This document shows, piece by piece, positions 7,871-16,646 of a DNA stretch of 32,000 bases. The stretch's first letter is position 1, and every line of letters begins with the position of its first letter. The notes beneath the pieces were generated by a model, which saw only the letters and a program-made list of their open reading frames with translations, was not told the origin of the DNA and searched no databases. The translations under genes and the position numbers were made by a program. Origin of the DNA: Candidatus Micrarchaeum sp. (GTDB lineage: Archaea > Micrarchaeota > Micrarchaeia > Micrarchaeales > Micrarchaeaceae); NCBI RefSeq assembly GCF_016806735.1, contig NZ_CP060530.1, forward strand, positions 540,001 to 572,000, given 5' to 3'.

Positions 7871-8545
7871 TCAGCGTATGTCATTGCTTGCATGTGGGGA
7901 AGACTCTGCAGCCTTGAGCAAAGGTTGATACATGCTCGAATCTACGCAATTGAACCAGAGCCTCATGGATTCCAGAACCTGCAGTCTGTCCATCACGATT
8001 ACGTCTGCTCCGCGAGCAATGTACACAACGCCTTTGCATTCTGCAACTATTAAGCCCAAGCCCCTGGCCGCACCGTACAGACCCCCTATGCATACTGATT
8101 GCTCTTCAGAAAGGCCAAGGGACCGGATGGCTCTAATCGCTTCGTACATCGAGAAATCCGCTGCGGTGCGAAGCGCCTTAGACTGAGCAAGCATCCTGGC
8201 TTCTTGTGCATCTGCATTGCGCAGAAGGTTCCAATCTTTGGACAGCCACTCGGCCATGGACGTCATGGTCATGACCAGCGAATTGACTGCTGAGCCAGCC
8301 TCTTGATTAACCAGCATTGCATCTGCATTTGCATCTATAAGCCCCGAGCCCTTAGCCATTAGGTAAAGGAGCGCTGGTGCTTCTGCGCGGTTAACTGATA
8401 TGAAGACGTCTGTGCTCTCCTTGCCACCCGCGCCAGAAACGAGCGCGAGATCGCCATGGGAGAGCACGCGGGCTGTCACCTTCAATGCAGATTTGTCACG
8501 GCTCTTTGTGATGCTCGGCATTAAATCAAAGCACATGCCCATCAA
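7871..8545 (-). CDS. Hypothetical protein (224 aa), Ala/Gly/Leu-rich, in a GC-rich island
   Basis: Long ORF with normal protein-like composition and no motif I can name. It is divergent from the aquaporin gene. GC content is markedly above the window average. Confidence 0.65.
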   Translation of the reverse strand: MMGMCFDLMPSITKSRDKSALKVTARVLSHGDLALVSGAGGKESTDVFISVNRAEAPALLYLMAKGSGLIDANADAMLVNQEAGSAVNSLVMTMTSMAEWLSKDWNLLRNADAQEARMLAQSKALRTAADFSMYEAIRAIRSLGLSEEQSVCIGGLYGAARGLGLIVAECKGVVYIARGADVIVMDRLQVLESMRLWFNCVDSSMYQPLLKAAESSPHASNDIR

Positions 8546-8658
8546 AGATATTTAAAGATTGTGAAGCCTTCGGGCGATGGAGAAATTAAGCTGGAAGCGT
8601 TTCGGCAACGCTAATTACAATGCTTTATATTTCTTTGTATGGCAGGATAACAGATTGC

Positions 8659-9366
8659 ATGAAAGATGTGCTTAGGAGATCTGTCGCTGAGATGATTGGA
8701 ACCTATATATTCGTGCTTTTTGGGCCCGGTAGCATAGTCGCCTTTATGGCGGCATTTGGGGCTGCGCTGTCGCCATCTACGCTGTTCTTCGCAGCAGTAA
8801 CGTTTGGCCTTGGCATAGCCATAGCTATAATAATGATAGCCAATATATCCGGAGGGCACGTCAATCCTGCCGTCACCATAGGACTTTTTGTATCTGGCAA
8901 ATTTGAAGGCAGGATGGTGCTGCCGTATATAGTTTCGCAGCTTATTGGTGCCGTGCTCGCCTCAGGTACTGTCGGCGTGCTGTTCAGTTATGGGGTTGCG
9001 AACAAGGTGCTTTTCGGCGCGACGGTGCCTGGTTCAATGGGACCATGGGCTGCTTTCCTCGGAGAGTTTATAATGACATTCTTCTTCCTATGGGTAATAC
9101 TTACTATAACATCAAAGAGCAAGAACACGGCAGTTAACGCCGCGGTAATAGGGACGTATGTTACCATAATGATATTCATGCTTGCAACCATAAGCGGCGG
9201 TTCCATAAATCCGGCGAGATCGTTCGGACCTGCGGTTCTGTCTGGCATACTGCTTAAGGCAGGATACTACCAATGGATATATTGGGTTGCACCGATACTT
9301 GGTGGGGCGCTCGGGGCGCTGGCTTGGAAGTACATGTACAAAGACAGGTCTAAAGTGCATATGTGA
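8659..9366 (+). CDS. MIP-family channel (aquaporin / aquaglyceroporin)
   Basis: Two NPA boxes (GGHVNPAVTIG and GGSINPARSFGPA) and six hydrophobic helices. The ATG at 8659 (MKDVLRRSVAEMIGTYIFV..) gives a typical N-terminus; the track start at 8620 is also an ATG. Confidence 0.9.
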   Translation: MKDVLRRSVAEMIGTYIFVLFGPGSIVAFMAAFGAALSPSTLFFAAVTFGLGIAIAIIMIANISGGHVNPAVTIGLFVSGKFEGRMVLPYIVSQLIGAVLASGTVGVLFSYGVANKVLFGATVPGSMGPWAAFLGEFIMTFFFLWVILTITSKSKNTAVNAAVIGTYVTIMIFMLATISGGSINPARSFGPAVLSGILLKAGYYQWIYWVAPILGGALGALAWKYMYKDRSKVHM

Positions 9367-9579
9367 TGGTCCGTGCGTGCGATAATGCAGCAGCCATTAT
9401 GCGTGCTGCAGCGCGTTTTGCTCGTTGCATATTTCAATCTGCCTATGCCTACATTTTCCCTGCATGTAAGGGGGACTTTGATGAAGTTGACGAATATTGC
9501 AGTGTAAATCCTAACGCTATTGCCTTTGAGATAGAAAGGCATAAAAACATGGAGTGATTTGTAGTATGCAAGTGGTGGC

Positions 9580-10218
9580 ATGGGAAAAATAGAGGCTTAC
9601 ATACCAAACGTCAGGTACTTATCGCTCAAACTGCACAAAGGGATGCTTGTCTATCTCCTGGCATTTACGGAAAACAGGATCATCGCCGCAGTCACCAATG
9701 ATGCCAAGGAAGTTGCCGGTCTGGAGGTAAAAAACATGTTCTCGTTCAACGACATGAATTACCCCAACAAGCCAAATGTAGGCAACACGCTTATCTCTGA
9801 GAATGCACCGAAGCTTGGAGATTTCTTCAAGGTGGACCCTGATAAACTGCTCTCATCAGATCAAAGCAACTTCGCTATAGCCTACGGCGACATATCGAAG
9901 GGTATGCTGATCCAAAGCAGGAATTCGAAACTGACGCAAACCGAGTCAAGAATCCTGCTGGTAACGGCTTCCGGGAAGAGCTACGAATTCATGCTGATGG
10001 GCATGTCAAGGCCGTCAATAGGATATCAGCCCTATGCCCTTGATGACAATACTTTCAACAGCTATGCAGAGATTGTGAACAAGTTTCTTGGCGACAAGGT
10101 AAAGGTTCTTCGAGCTTCAGATCCGGTTCCAAAGGTTTCAACCGGCCAGCTTTTTGGAGGCCTCTTCGGAAGGAAAAAGAAGGACAACCAACAGGCAGAA
10201 GCAACAGAAAATAAATAG
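9580..10218 (+). CDS. Hypothetical protein (212 aa) with a basic/Gln-rich C-terminal tail
   Basis: Clean ATG ORF with no recognisable motif; ends ..GRKKKDNQQAEATENK. Confidence 0.6.
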   Translation: MGKIEAYIPNVRYLSLKLHKGMLVYLLAFTENRIIAAVTNDAKEVAGLEVKNMFSFNDMNYPNKPNVGNTLISENAPKLGDFFKVDPDKLLSSDQSNFAIAYGDISKGMLIQSRNSKLTQTESRILLVTASGKSYEFMLMGMSRPSIGYQPYALDDNTFNSYAEIVNKFLGDKVKVLRASDPVPKVSTGQLFGGLFGRKKKDNQQAEATENK

Positions 10219-10334
10219 CAGCACTGGAAATCTTTGGTACAACGATACCGCTTTCAAGAGATGCACATAGTCTATAATATTGCCTTCTTCTGGAACTCAG
10301 GCTACTTTCTGAGCGCTTGTAGTTTTAAAAGTAG

Positions 10335-10928
10335 TTATCCGGGCCTTTTCACGGTGCCTGAATTTGCCTTTATCGCAAGCTCTCTCAATAAGAAACCTAC
10401 CGAAGTTGGCTGTATGTCCTTCTCCGTGAAGCCCAGCCTTTTTACCATCTCCTTTACCCTTTCTACGTCCTTCCTGCTCTTCTTTTGACTTACCAGCTCT
10501 ATATCAAGGAAGTAGCCCACCTTCGGATACCTATCCAAATCCATGTTGAAGTCGCCCAACTTGTATTTGTATCTAGTTTTCCTTATCAATGGTACGTACT
10601 CAAGCGGTTTTATGCCCAGAAACCCGAACATTCCCATTACTGCTTCAGGATTATCTATATGGGTCTCGTATTCTCTAACTTGCATGTACTTCTGCCTTTT
10701 TTTACCAGACGGCTTGTAAGTAAGAGTGCCGTCTTTGCTTCCGTCCACGATTCTTATACGCAAAGCCTCCACACTGTCCCAGAAGTTTCTGCTTTCCAAA
10801 GTAAATTGGTAATCCGAATACCTTTTAACGGATGCGAGCTTCGCACCCATGGATTCGAGCCTTCTTTTTAGGCTTTCCGCGTCCTTTACTCTTATCCTCA
10901 TTTCGGTTTCGAACTGCTTCTTATGCAT
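10335..10928 (-). CDS. CYTH-domain protein (CyaB-like class IV adenylate cyclase / triphosphate tunnel metalloenzyme)
   Basis: CYTH motifs appear in order: FETEMRIRV (an ExExK-type signature with Arg in the Lys position), ALRIRIV, TLTYK, VREYETHI, YFLDIEL. Confidence 0.8.
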   Translation of the reverse strand: MHKKQFETEMRIRVKDAESLKRRLESMGAKLASVKRYSDYQFTLESRNFWDSVEALRIRIVDGSKDGTLTYKPSGKKRQKYMQVREYETHIDNPEAVMGMFGFLGIKPLEYVPLIRKTRYKYKLGDFNMDLDRYPKVGYFLDIELVSQKKSRKDVERVKEMVKRLGFTEKDIQPTSVGFLLRELAIKANSGTVKRPG

Positions 10929-11073
10929 TCTTCCACGGTTTTGATGAGTAAATAAACAATATATTAATTACCCATCCTGATAGAACTGACAACGTTTGGC
11001 AGTTAGAATCCACATGCCAGTATCCGAATATTGCAATATGCACCTTAAGCCTTGCCTAACCTTGTTAAATCAA

Positions 11074-11469
11074 TTATTTATAGTTCCTGGGTTTTCTAAA
11101 GGCGCTTTCGAAGGACCTGTAGTTGTCTGTGATCTCTTCGCCTTTCTGTATGTCTCTTACTGCCTTGGTGACTACCTCTTCCTCGTCGTCATAGTATGCG
11201 CTGAGAGAATTTGGGTTGTCAGAATGATTGAAGTATTTTCCGTCATCAGACGCAAAGCACACCATGTGGCTCTTGTCACTTTTCCAGCTGTATTTCATGA
11301 GGTACTTTCTCACCTTCCACGGCAGACACTTGACTTGATCCTCAGTGAACTTGAGATCAAATCCTGGGGTAAATCTCCATATCGCAGTCCCTTTTTTTAT
11401 ATATTGGTCTGCAAAAAGCCCTATGCCATGTATCCTGCTTGGGCCTATCCTAGTTTTTATTAGCATCAT
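11074..11469 (-). CDS. SET-domain protein (putative protein lysine methyltransferase)
   Basis: IHGIGLFADQYIKKGTAIW (SET-N), YFNHSDNPNS (NHSxxPN) and GEEITDNY (ELxxDY-type). The ATGATG at 11464-11469 is preceded by GAGGT (11477-11481) with a 7-nt spacer. The 39-codon N-terminal extension in the ORF track looks spurious. Confidence 0.8.
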   Translation of the reverse strand: MMLIKTRIGPSRIHGIGLFADQYIKKGTAIWRFTPGFDLKFTEDQVKCLPWKVRKYLMKYSWKSDKSHMVCFASDDGKYFNHSDNPNSLSAYYDDEEEVVTKAVRDIQKGEEITDNYRSFESAFRKPRNYK

Positions 11470-11594
11470 GCAATCTACCTCAGATTTTATGAAAATATGA
11501 AAAATGATATAAAAGAATGGGTGGACTGCTCCGATGCAGTCCTGAAGCCCGCAATTATTGGTTTTTGGCTTCACACCCCTAAGCAATGTCTTGC

Positions 11595-12059
11595 TCAGTT
11601 TGAAACGCTTGTCTTGGAGGCTTTCCTTAGCAGTTTCTTTGTTTTGGTGTTATCAATCTCTTCGAGCTCTTTCCTAACCATTTCTTTAAGCTTCATTTTC
11701 CTTGCCAGCGCCCTGTCAGTCTCTTGTACTGCGAGGAACTTGTTTATGAGCGAGGATTCATATCTATAATCCCCTATCCTATATACAAGGCCGTACAAAC
11801 CATATATGCTGTATGAGTCTGCAATATCTTGGGCTTCGTATATCTTACGTATAACCTGATTATAGCCGCCTTTTGGGCCCTCATAAATACTTCTTCCGTT
11901 AAATGCCTCATTGAATGTATCTATTATGCCCTGCATGCCCTTTAGTATAACGGGATATTCTACAACGTTATACTTCTGCATCAGCTTGTAGACCTCTTTC
12001 AGGAAAGTGGTCCTTGTCTGGCTACTAAATTCGGTTTTTTCTTTGGTTATTTCCACCAT
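11595..12059 (-). CDS. Hypothetical protein (154 aa) with a Lys-rich C-terminal tail
   Basis: ATG ORF upstream of, and on the same strand as, the SET gene. No motif recognised. TATA-like TTTAAATATA lies upstream on the minus strand. Confidence 0.6.
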   Translation of the reverse strand: MVEITKEKTEFSSQTRTTFLKEVYKLMQKYNVVEYPVILKGMQGIIDTFNEAFNGRSIYEGPKGGYNQVIRKIYEAQDIADSYSIYGLYGLVYRIGDYRYESSLINKFLAVQETDRALARKMKLKEMVRKELEEIDNTKTKKLLRKASKTSVSN

Positions 12060-12199
12060 GCTTACACCAATAATAATATTGTTTTTTCAGATATTTATAT
12101 GTTTTTATTAGATGAAAGCTTTAAATATATGAATAAAGACTCTTCTCGTGATAGATTTTATTCAGACAAAATCAAATAGCAAGAGCCAGTGCCAGTAAA

Positions 12200-12868
12200 T
12201 CAAATACGTCTGTTGTGTGTTTTGCGCCTGTAGTGCATTTCGTTTGAATAAAGCCTAAAGAGATCTATCCTTCTGCTCGCGTTCCTGAGCAGAAAATCGG
12301 TCATTTTTATAGAGTAGACGCTGCCTCTGTAGATGTTTTTGGCAACGAACTTCATCCCGAAGTCTGTAGCCCTTTTGACTGCTACCTGAGTAATGGCATT
12401 CGTTATCCTTTCGGTAAAAAAAACACCGCTTCTTGCAAAATCATAGACAGCATCGTAGAAAGATTCATCAAGCATCGCTGCGGCATCTGTATCGGTTATA
12501 TCAGGATGCGTTACTGTCTCGACGAAATACATCTTGTACCTGCCTTTCCTCTCTAGAGAGTATATCTTATCTGCAGTTATTTCGTTATCAACCATAAGGC
12601 CCTTCCTTGCTTTTTTAAACAGTTCTTCTTCCAGAGCTACGAAGTGCCAATAGCCAAGTATGTTCAGGTTTGCGTCTACAAGATACCTTGATGAATACGG
12701 GCTTTTCTCGAAAACCGGCACCCAATTCTCCTGAGTCCCCTCCTCCTCTTTTGTTATGCCTTTCATGTCAGCATAGTCTAGATAGATTAGACGTTTCAGA
12801 AGAGACCCATAGCTGTATTTACGGCTCAGAAACGGGTGATATGGAACTATTGCAAGGGTTTCAAGCAT
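12200..12868 (-). CDS. Uncharacterised acyltransferase-like protein; paralog of 3649-4302
   Basis: 222 aa. Collinear similarity blocks with 3649-4302 across about 150 residues; the N-terminal HTH-like segment is degenerate. TATA-like AAATATAA lies about 27 nt upstream of the ATG. Confidence 0.75.
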   Translation of the reverse strand: MLETLAIVPYHPFLSRKYSYGSLLKRLIYLDYADMKGITKEEEGTQENWVPVFEKSPYSSRYLVDANLNILGYWHFVALEEELFKKARKGLMVDNEITADKIYSLERKGRYKMYFVETVTHPDITDTDAAAMLDESFYDAVYDFARSGVFFTERITNAITQVAVKRATDFGMKFVAKNIYRGSVYSIKMTDFLLRNASRRIDLFRLYSNEMHYRRKTHNRRI

Positions 12869-13046
12869 GATATCCCGGTTAAGTTATATTTGGCAGGGCT
12901 ATGATTATACATGGTGCAAAATATAAAAGGCTTTATCGTCTGTAAAGGGGAATGCGCTTTATTGGCGCAGCCAGGTATACTATGCCAATGTTTTTTACAA
13001 TCTTTTTTCCAGAGCTACTTTATCTATGTAAGCCTAAGTGCATGCT

Positions 13047-13658
13047 TTACTTTAGCTGCTTTTCCCAAAGTATGTAATCCTGACCGAACCAGTGCTTTTC
13101 GAGCTTTCCTATTCTCCGCGCACCGAAGTTTGCCTCGAGCGCAATGGCCTGGTAGTTGCTGGCCCTAGAATCGCCCCAGATTTTCCTAACACCATGGCTT
13201 ACTGCTAGTTTCTCTGCAAAATTGTGCATGCGCTTGGCTATTCCCTGCTTTTTATAGCGCCTATTGACAAGAACCCATTCAAACGTCATTATAGACCTAT
13301 CCGCAGAATCAAAGGAAGTCCAAAGACATCCCACAAGCTCTGCACCCTTTAGCGCCAGGACCGCAAAGCCCCCGCCTTTCACTATGCCGAGCATGTAAGC
13401 TAAAGATACATGCGACGAATAGGTCTGCCTTGCTACGCTGCTGTAATGAGAGGCCTTAAGAATCTCCTTCTTTGCAAAAGGTACAAGAATTTTTACGTCG
13501 GATCTTGTTGCGCGCCTGACCTTTATTTTATTAACAGGATCAAAATTATTTTTCTGTGACATCCTACCACTTATAAGCGATGCAGATTTCCTTGCATTTT
13601 GTACCATCTGTTCATACTTATATATGCTATTCGTTTTAATCTTTGCTGTCGCTTTCAT
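13047..13658 (-). CDS. GNAT-family N-acetyltransferase with an N-terminal basic extension of about 45 aa
   Basis: Motif A in VLVNRRYKKQGIAKRMHNFAEKLA (R-x-x-G-x-A type acetyl-CoA loop). The beta-strand/helix order is typical of GNAT. Confidence 0.8.
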   Translation of the reverse strand: MKATAKIKTNSIYKYEQMVQNARKSASLISGRMSQKNNFDPVNKIKVRRATRSDVKILVPFAKKEILKASHYSSVARQTYSSHVSLAYMLGIVKGGGFAVLALKGAELVGCLWTSFDSADRSIMTFEWVLVNRRYKKQGIAKRMHNFAEKLAVSHGVRKIWGDSRASNYQAIALEANFGARRIGKLEKHWFGQDYILWEKQLK

Positions 13659-13804
13659 CCAAAGTATTTAGGTTCCGCAATCCCACCAGAGGTACTGTTC
13701 ATAGAAGCTACTACACAAGTTGGAAAAGAATAAAAAAAGATTAAATTGCAGCATAAATAGCTAGTAGATTCATTAAAGCCATTTTTATTAGAAGAGCTTT
13801 ATTT

Positions 13805-16549
13805 TTATTTCTTGTTCTTAATTTCTTCTTCAAGCTGCTTTTTTATGTTGCCGAAAAGGGGCTCGTCGCTCTTAGTTTCCAGAACCGCCTTTGCGAACTC
13901 TATCGGGTCTCTTTTGTAAGATAGAAATCTTTCTAGGTGCCTTTCAAACGTTTTCATCTGCACAGCCTTCTCTTGGGAAAGGTCGAGCTTGTGCTCGAGC
14001 CTGCCGGTATTTATCTTGCCTCTAAGCCCTATGAAACCGATGGCTATCGAAACGTTCTTCTCATCTATGCCTTTGCTTGCGGCGAACAGCCTTTTGTACA
14101 CTGCCAGCTGCCTTCTATGGTCTGATGCTTTGCCATCATCCTTGTCCGTCTTATAGTCCAGTATTACGTATTTTTTATCCTTGTCCGAACTTGACTCATA
14201 CACCGCATCTAGGAACGCCTTGAATCCAGTGTTTCCGTCAAATCCCTTATAAATGTCTTTTAGCGCAGCGTTTATCTTAACCTCGGCGCCTGCCTGCACG
14301 GTCTTTGTCTTTTCCCCGAGCTCTGAGCCTACTGCCTTTATGTTTTCAAGATACCGTTTTTCATCTTCCGTAAGTGTTCCCTCATCCAAAGTACCCTCGT
14401 AAAGCATCTTTGCAATCTCGTGCGCCCTAAGGCCCTTGTTTATCGGCCCAGTATGCAGCTCTGATATGCTGAGGATCTTTTCCTTGAGAAATGAATATGG
14501 ATCTCCAGCGCTTTCGACCATCGAATATGATAGATCCCTTTCGGTAGAAAAATAATCGTTTATCATTGGCAGGAGCCATTCCTCTTTATGGCCTATTGCT
14601 TTTTTAGCTTCCTCAAACCTTCCATTGACGAACAATGAATAAGCCTCGTCGTACTTCGTGGTTTTTGGCTCTTCCTCTTCTTCGGAATCAATCTGGTCTG
14701 CCTCAAAGCCCTCAATTTTGTACGAATCCTCATTGTTTTGGTTGGCAACTACGTAAAGCCTGTTTTTTGCCCTGGTGAAAGCCACGAAATCTACTCTGGC
14801 CTGCTCTTCTGCAAGTTCCTCGCGCACATCAATGCCTGCCGAAGCCTTGATTATCGAATAGACTGCCATATCGACAAAGCTTTCGTTGTTCCTTCCGGAT
14901 ATGGGCACGTATATAACGTTGTCAAACTCCCTGCCTTTGGCCTTGTGAACGGTTGTGAGAAGCAGGCTCTTTTCTTCCTTTGCAGGCTCGTAGTTCTCTT
15001 CCAATATGGAAAGATAGTCAAAAAACGCTTCTATGTTCCTGTCCGGAACAAGTTCAAAGAATTCAGTTGCCCCAGAATTAAGCGCTTGCGCCGTAAGGTA
15101 GTAATCCTTGCCTATCTGCATTGAAATAGGGAGTATTACTTCGTCGAAGAGGCTGCCTACCCTGTCTATTGTAAGCTCCTTCTTCCTTTCAAAGAACGGT
15201 TTTGCCACGCTCAATACTTCCTTTGGGACCTTGCCGTGTTCTTTTGAGCCCCACATGGGCCAGTTCTTGGAAACTTCAAATGCTTCCTTTAGCGTTATGC
15301 CTGAGAATGGCGTAAAAAGCGCGCTTACTACCGTATCCCTGTCATCGTAAAGCATACCTCTTAGGTAAGAGATTATCTGCTCCTTTGCGCTGTCGCTCGT
15401 GGAAGATCCGGCAGTAGTGCTGTATTCTATGCCCTTCCTGTCCAAAAGCCTCGAAACCTGGACAAGCTGCCCGTTTGTCCTTGTTATTATTGCGGTCTTT
15501 TCTCCACTCCCTATTTTCATTTCCGAGTAAAGCTTGACGGTTGCGTTTATCTGCTTCGATGCGGTAAACACCTTGACGTCCGCATCGCCTTTGCTCCTGT
15601 TGGATTTGAGCCCTTCTAGCTCCTTTTCGTAGCTCTTGTCATTTGTATTGGAAAGAAAATGCATCTTTGAGTAATCCAATATTGGCTGCAGGCTCCTGTA
15701 GTTCAGCACCTTGTTCTCCTTGCGGAAGCTTTCGTCATTCTCAAATTTCTCAAAAGAGCTAAGGCTGCCCCCTTGAAATCCGAATATTGCCTGTTTCCTG
15801 TCTCCGACCAGAAATAGGCTGTCGCCGGAAAGAACTGCTATCTGGGCCTCGAGCTCGTTAAGATCCTGGAGCTCATCCACCAAGACGTATTTATAACGTT
15901 TTTTGCCATCATGCTTCTGCACAAACTTTATGAGCATGTCGTTGTAGTCTATGTAGCTGCCCGAGCTTTCCTTTTCTTTCTCGTATGTGCTATACGCGTT
16001 GACGAAATACTTCAGGAATGCACCTGCTTCTTCCAGCGTTACGTTGGAAAGCGGATGAGATTTATAAGCCGATTCCAGTTCCTTTGCGGCTTTTTCCATG
16101 TCTATGCTGCTTGGAAGTATGCCGAAGCTTTTTACGTAGCGTATTGCGTTCTCTGTTTTTGGAACTAAGTCATCCAGAATGTAGCCGTGCGAGTAATTGA
16201 AGGCATTGTCTTTCATGAAGCTCTTGTACACTGAGTATCTGAGCATGTTGCTGCCCGCAAGCTCGTAGCCAAGCCCCATCCTGCTTAGGTAATCGTACGC
16301 ATAGCTGTGGAACGTATGCACGTCTATCAGGTATGGTTTTGCGTCTATTCCTGCGGTTTTTATCTCCTCGTCTATCCTGCTCCTCATCTCCCTCGCAGCC
16401 TTGTTGGTGAAGGTTATGCATAATATGTCTGGCTCCTTGACGCCTTCTGCAAGCAGTTTCACGACCATTTTGGCAAGGGCGGTCGTCTTTCCCGTGCCGG
16501 GATTTGCTACTATGAGCACATTTTCGGCCTTTTTTGATATCCCATCCAT
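13805..16549 (-). CDS. UvrD/Rep-type SF1 helicase fused to a C-terminal RecB/AddB/Cas4-type PD-(D/E)XK nuclease
   Basis: Helicase motifs: I VANPGTGKTT, Ia ITFTNKAA, II VLVDELQDLN, III LVGDRKQAIFGFQGG, IV LNYRS, V-VI TVHKAKGREFDNVIY and VAFTRAKNRLYVV. Nuclease motifs: FLDAVYE, YVILDYKTD, RRQLAVYKRL. The ATG at 16549 is preceded by GGAG with a 5-nt spacer; the track start is 16579. Confidence 0.9.
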   Translation of the reverse strand: MDGISKKAENVLIVANPGTGKTTALAKMVVKLLAEGVKEPDILCITFTNKAAREMRSRIDEEIKTAGIDAKPYLIDVHTFHSYAYDYLSRMGLGYELAGSNMLRYSVYKSFMKDNAFNYSHGYILDDLVPKTENAIRYVKSFGILPSSIDMEKAAKELESAYKSHPLSNVTLEEAGAFLKYFVNAYSTYEKEKESSGSYIDYNDMLIKFVQKHDGKKRYKYVLVDELQDLNELEAQIAVLSGDSLFLVGDRKQAIFGFQGGSLSSFEKFENDESFRKENKVLNYRSLQPILDYSKMHFLSNTNDKSYEKELEGLKSNRSKGDADVKVFTASKQINATVKLYSEMKIGSGEKTAIITRTNGQLVQVSRLLDRKGIEYSTTAGSSTSDSAKEQIISYLRGMLYDDRDTVVSALFTPFSGITLKEAFEVSKNWPMWGSKEHGKVPKEVLSVAKPFFERKKELTIDRVGSLFDEVILPISMQIGKDYYLTAQALNSGATEFFELVPDRNIEAFFDYLSILEENYEPAKEEKSLLLTTVHKAKGREFDNVIYVPISGRNNESFVDMAVYSIIKASAGIDVREELAEEQARVDFVAFTRAKNRLYVVANQNNEDSYKIEGFEADQIDSEEEEEPKTTKYDEAYSLFVNGRFEEAKKAIGHKEEWLLPMINDYFSTERDLSYSMVESAGDPYSFLKEKILSISELHTGPINKGLRAHEIAKMLYEGTLDEGTLTEDEKRYLENIKAVGSELGEKTKTVQAGAEVKINAALKDIYKGFDGNTGFKAFLDAVYESSSDKDKKYVILDYKTDKDDGKASDHRRQLAVYKRLFAASKGIDEKNVSIAIGFIGLRGKINTGRLEHKLDLSQEKAVQMKTFERHLERFLSYKRDPIEFAKAVLETKSDEPLFGNIKKQLEEEIKNKK

Positions 16550-16646
16550 TTTATCTCCAAAATACAAGATAAGCAGCATTGCCTGTTATACAGCAAGCAA
16601 TTCTTTTCATGGCTAGGGCAGATAGGCACTCTTGCAGTATCAGGTG

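Noticed and set aside
9363-9557. 64-aa ORF overlapping the aquaporin stop codon (MMVRACDNAAAIMRAAARF..).
   Set aside because: It has a GTG start inside the upstream gene and an Ala/Arg/Cys-rich translation typical of spurious frames in GC-rich DNA. No SD is present. Kept only as part of the GC-rich non-coding tail.
10234-10488. 84-aa plus-strand ORF after the 212-aa gene.
   Set aside because: It is largely antisense to the 3' end of the well-supported CYTH gene, with a hydrophobic, low-information translation.
10996-11463. 155-aa plus-strand ORF.
   Set aside because: It is fully antisense to the SET-domain gene, which has clear family motifs. The plus-frame product has none.
11470-11586. 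N-terminal extensions offered by the ORF track for the SET gene. Analogous extensions occur at 16550-16579, 17244-17264, 20159-20215, 2676-2687, 7467-7520 and 19671-19742.
   Set aside because: Internal ATG codons are preceded by SD-like or TATA-like elements and give N-termini typical of the families. The extensions translate to implausible hydrophobic or Cys-rich leaders.
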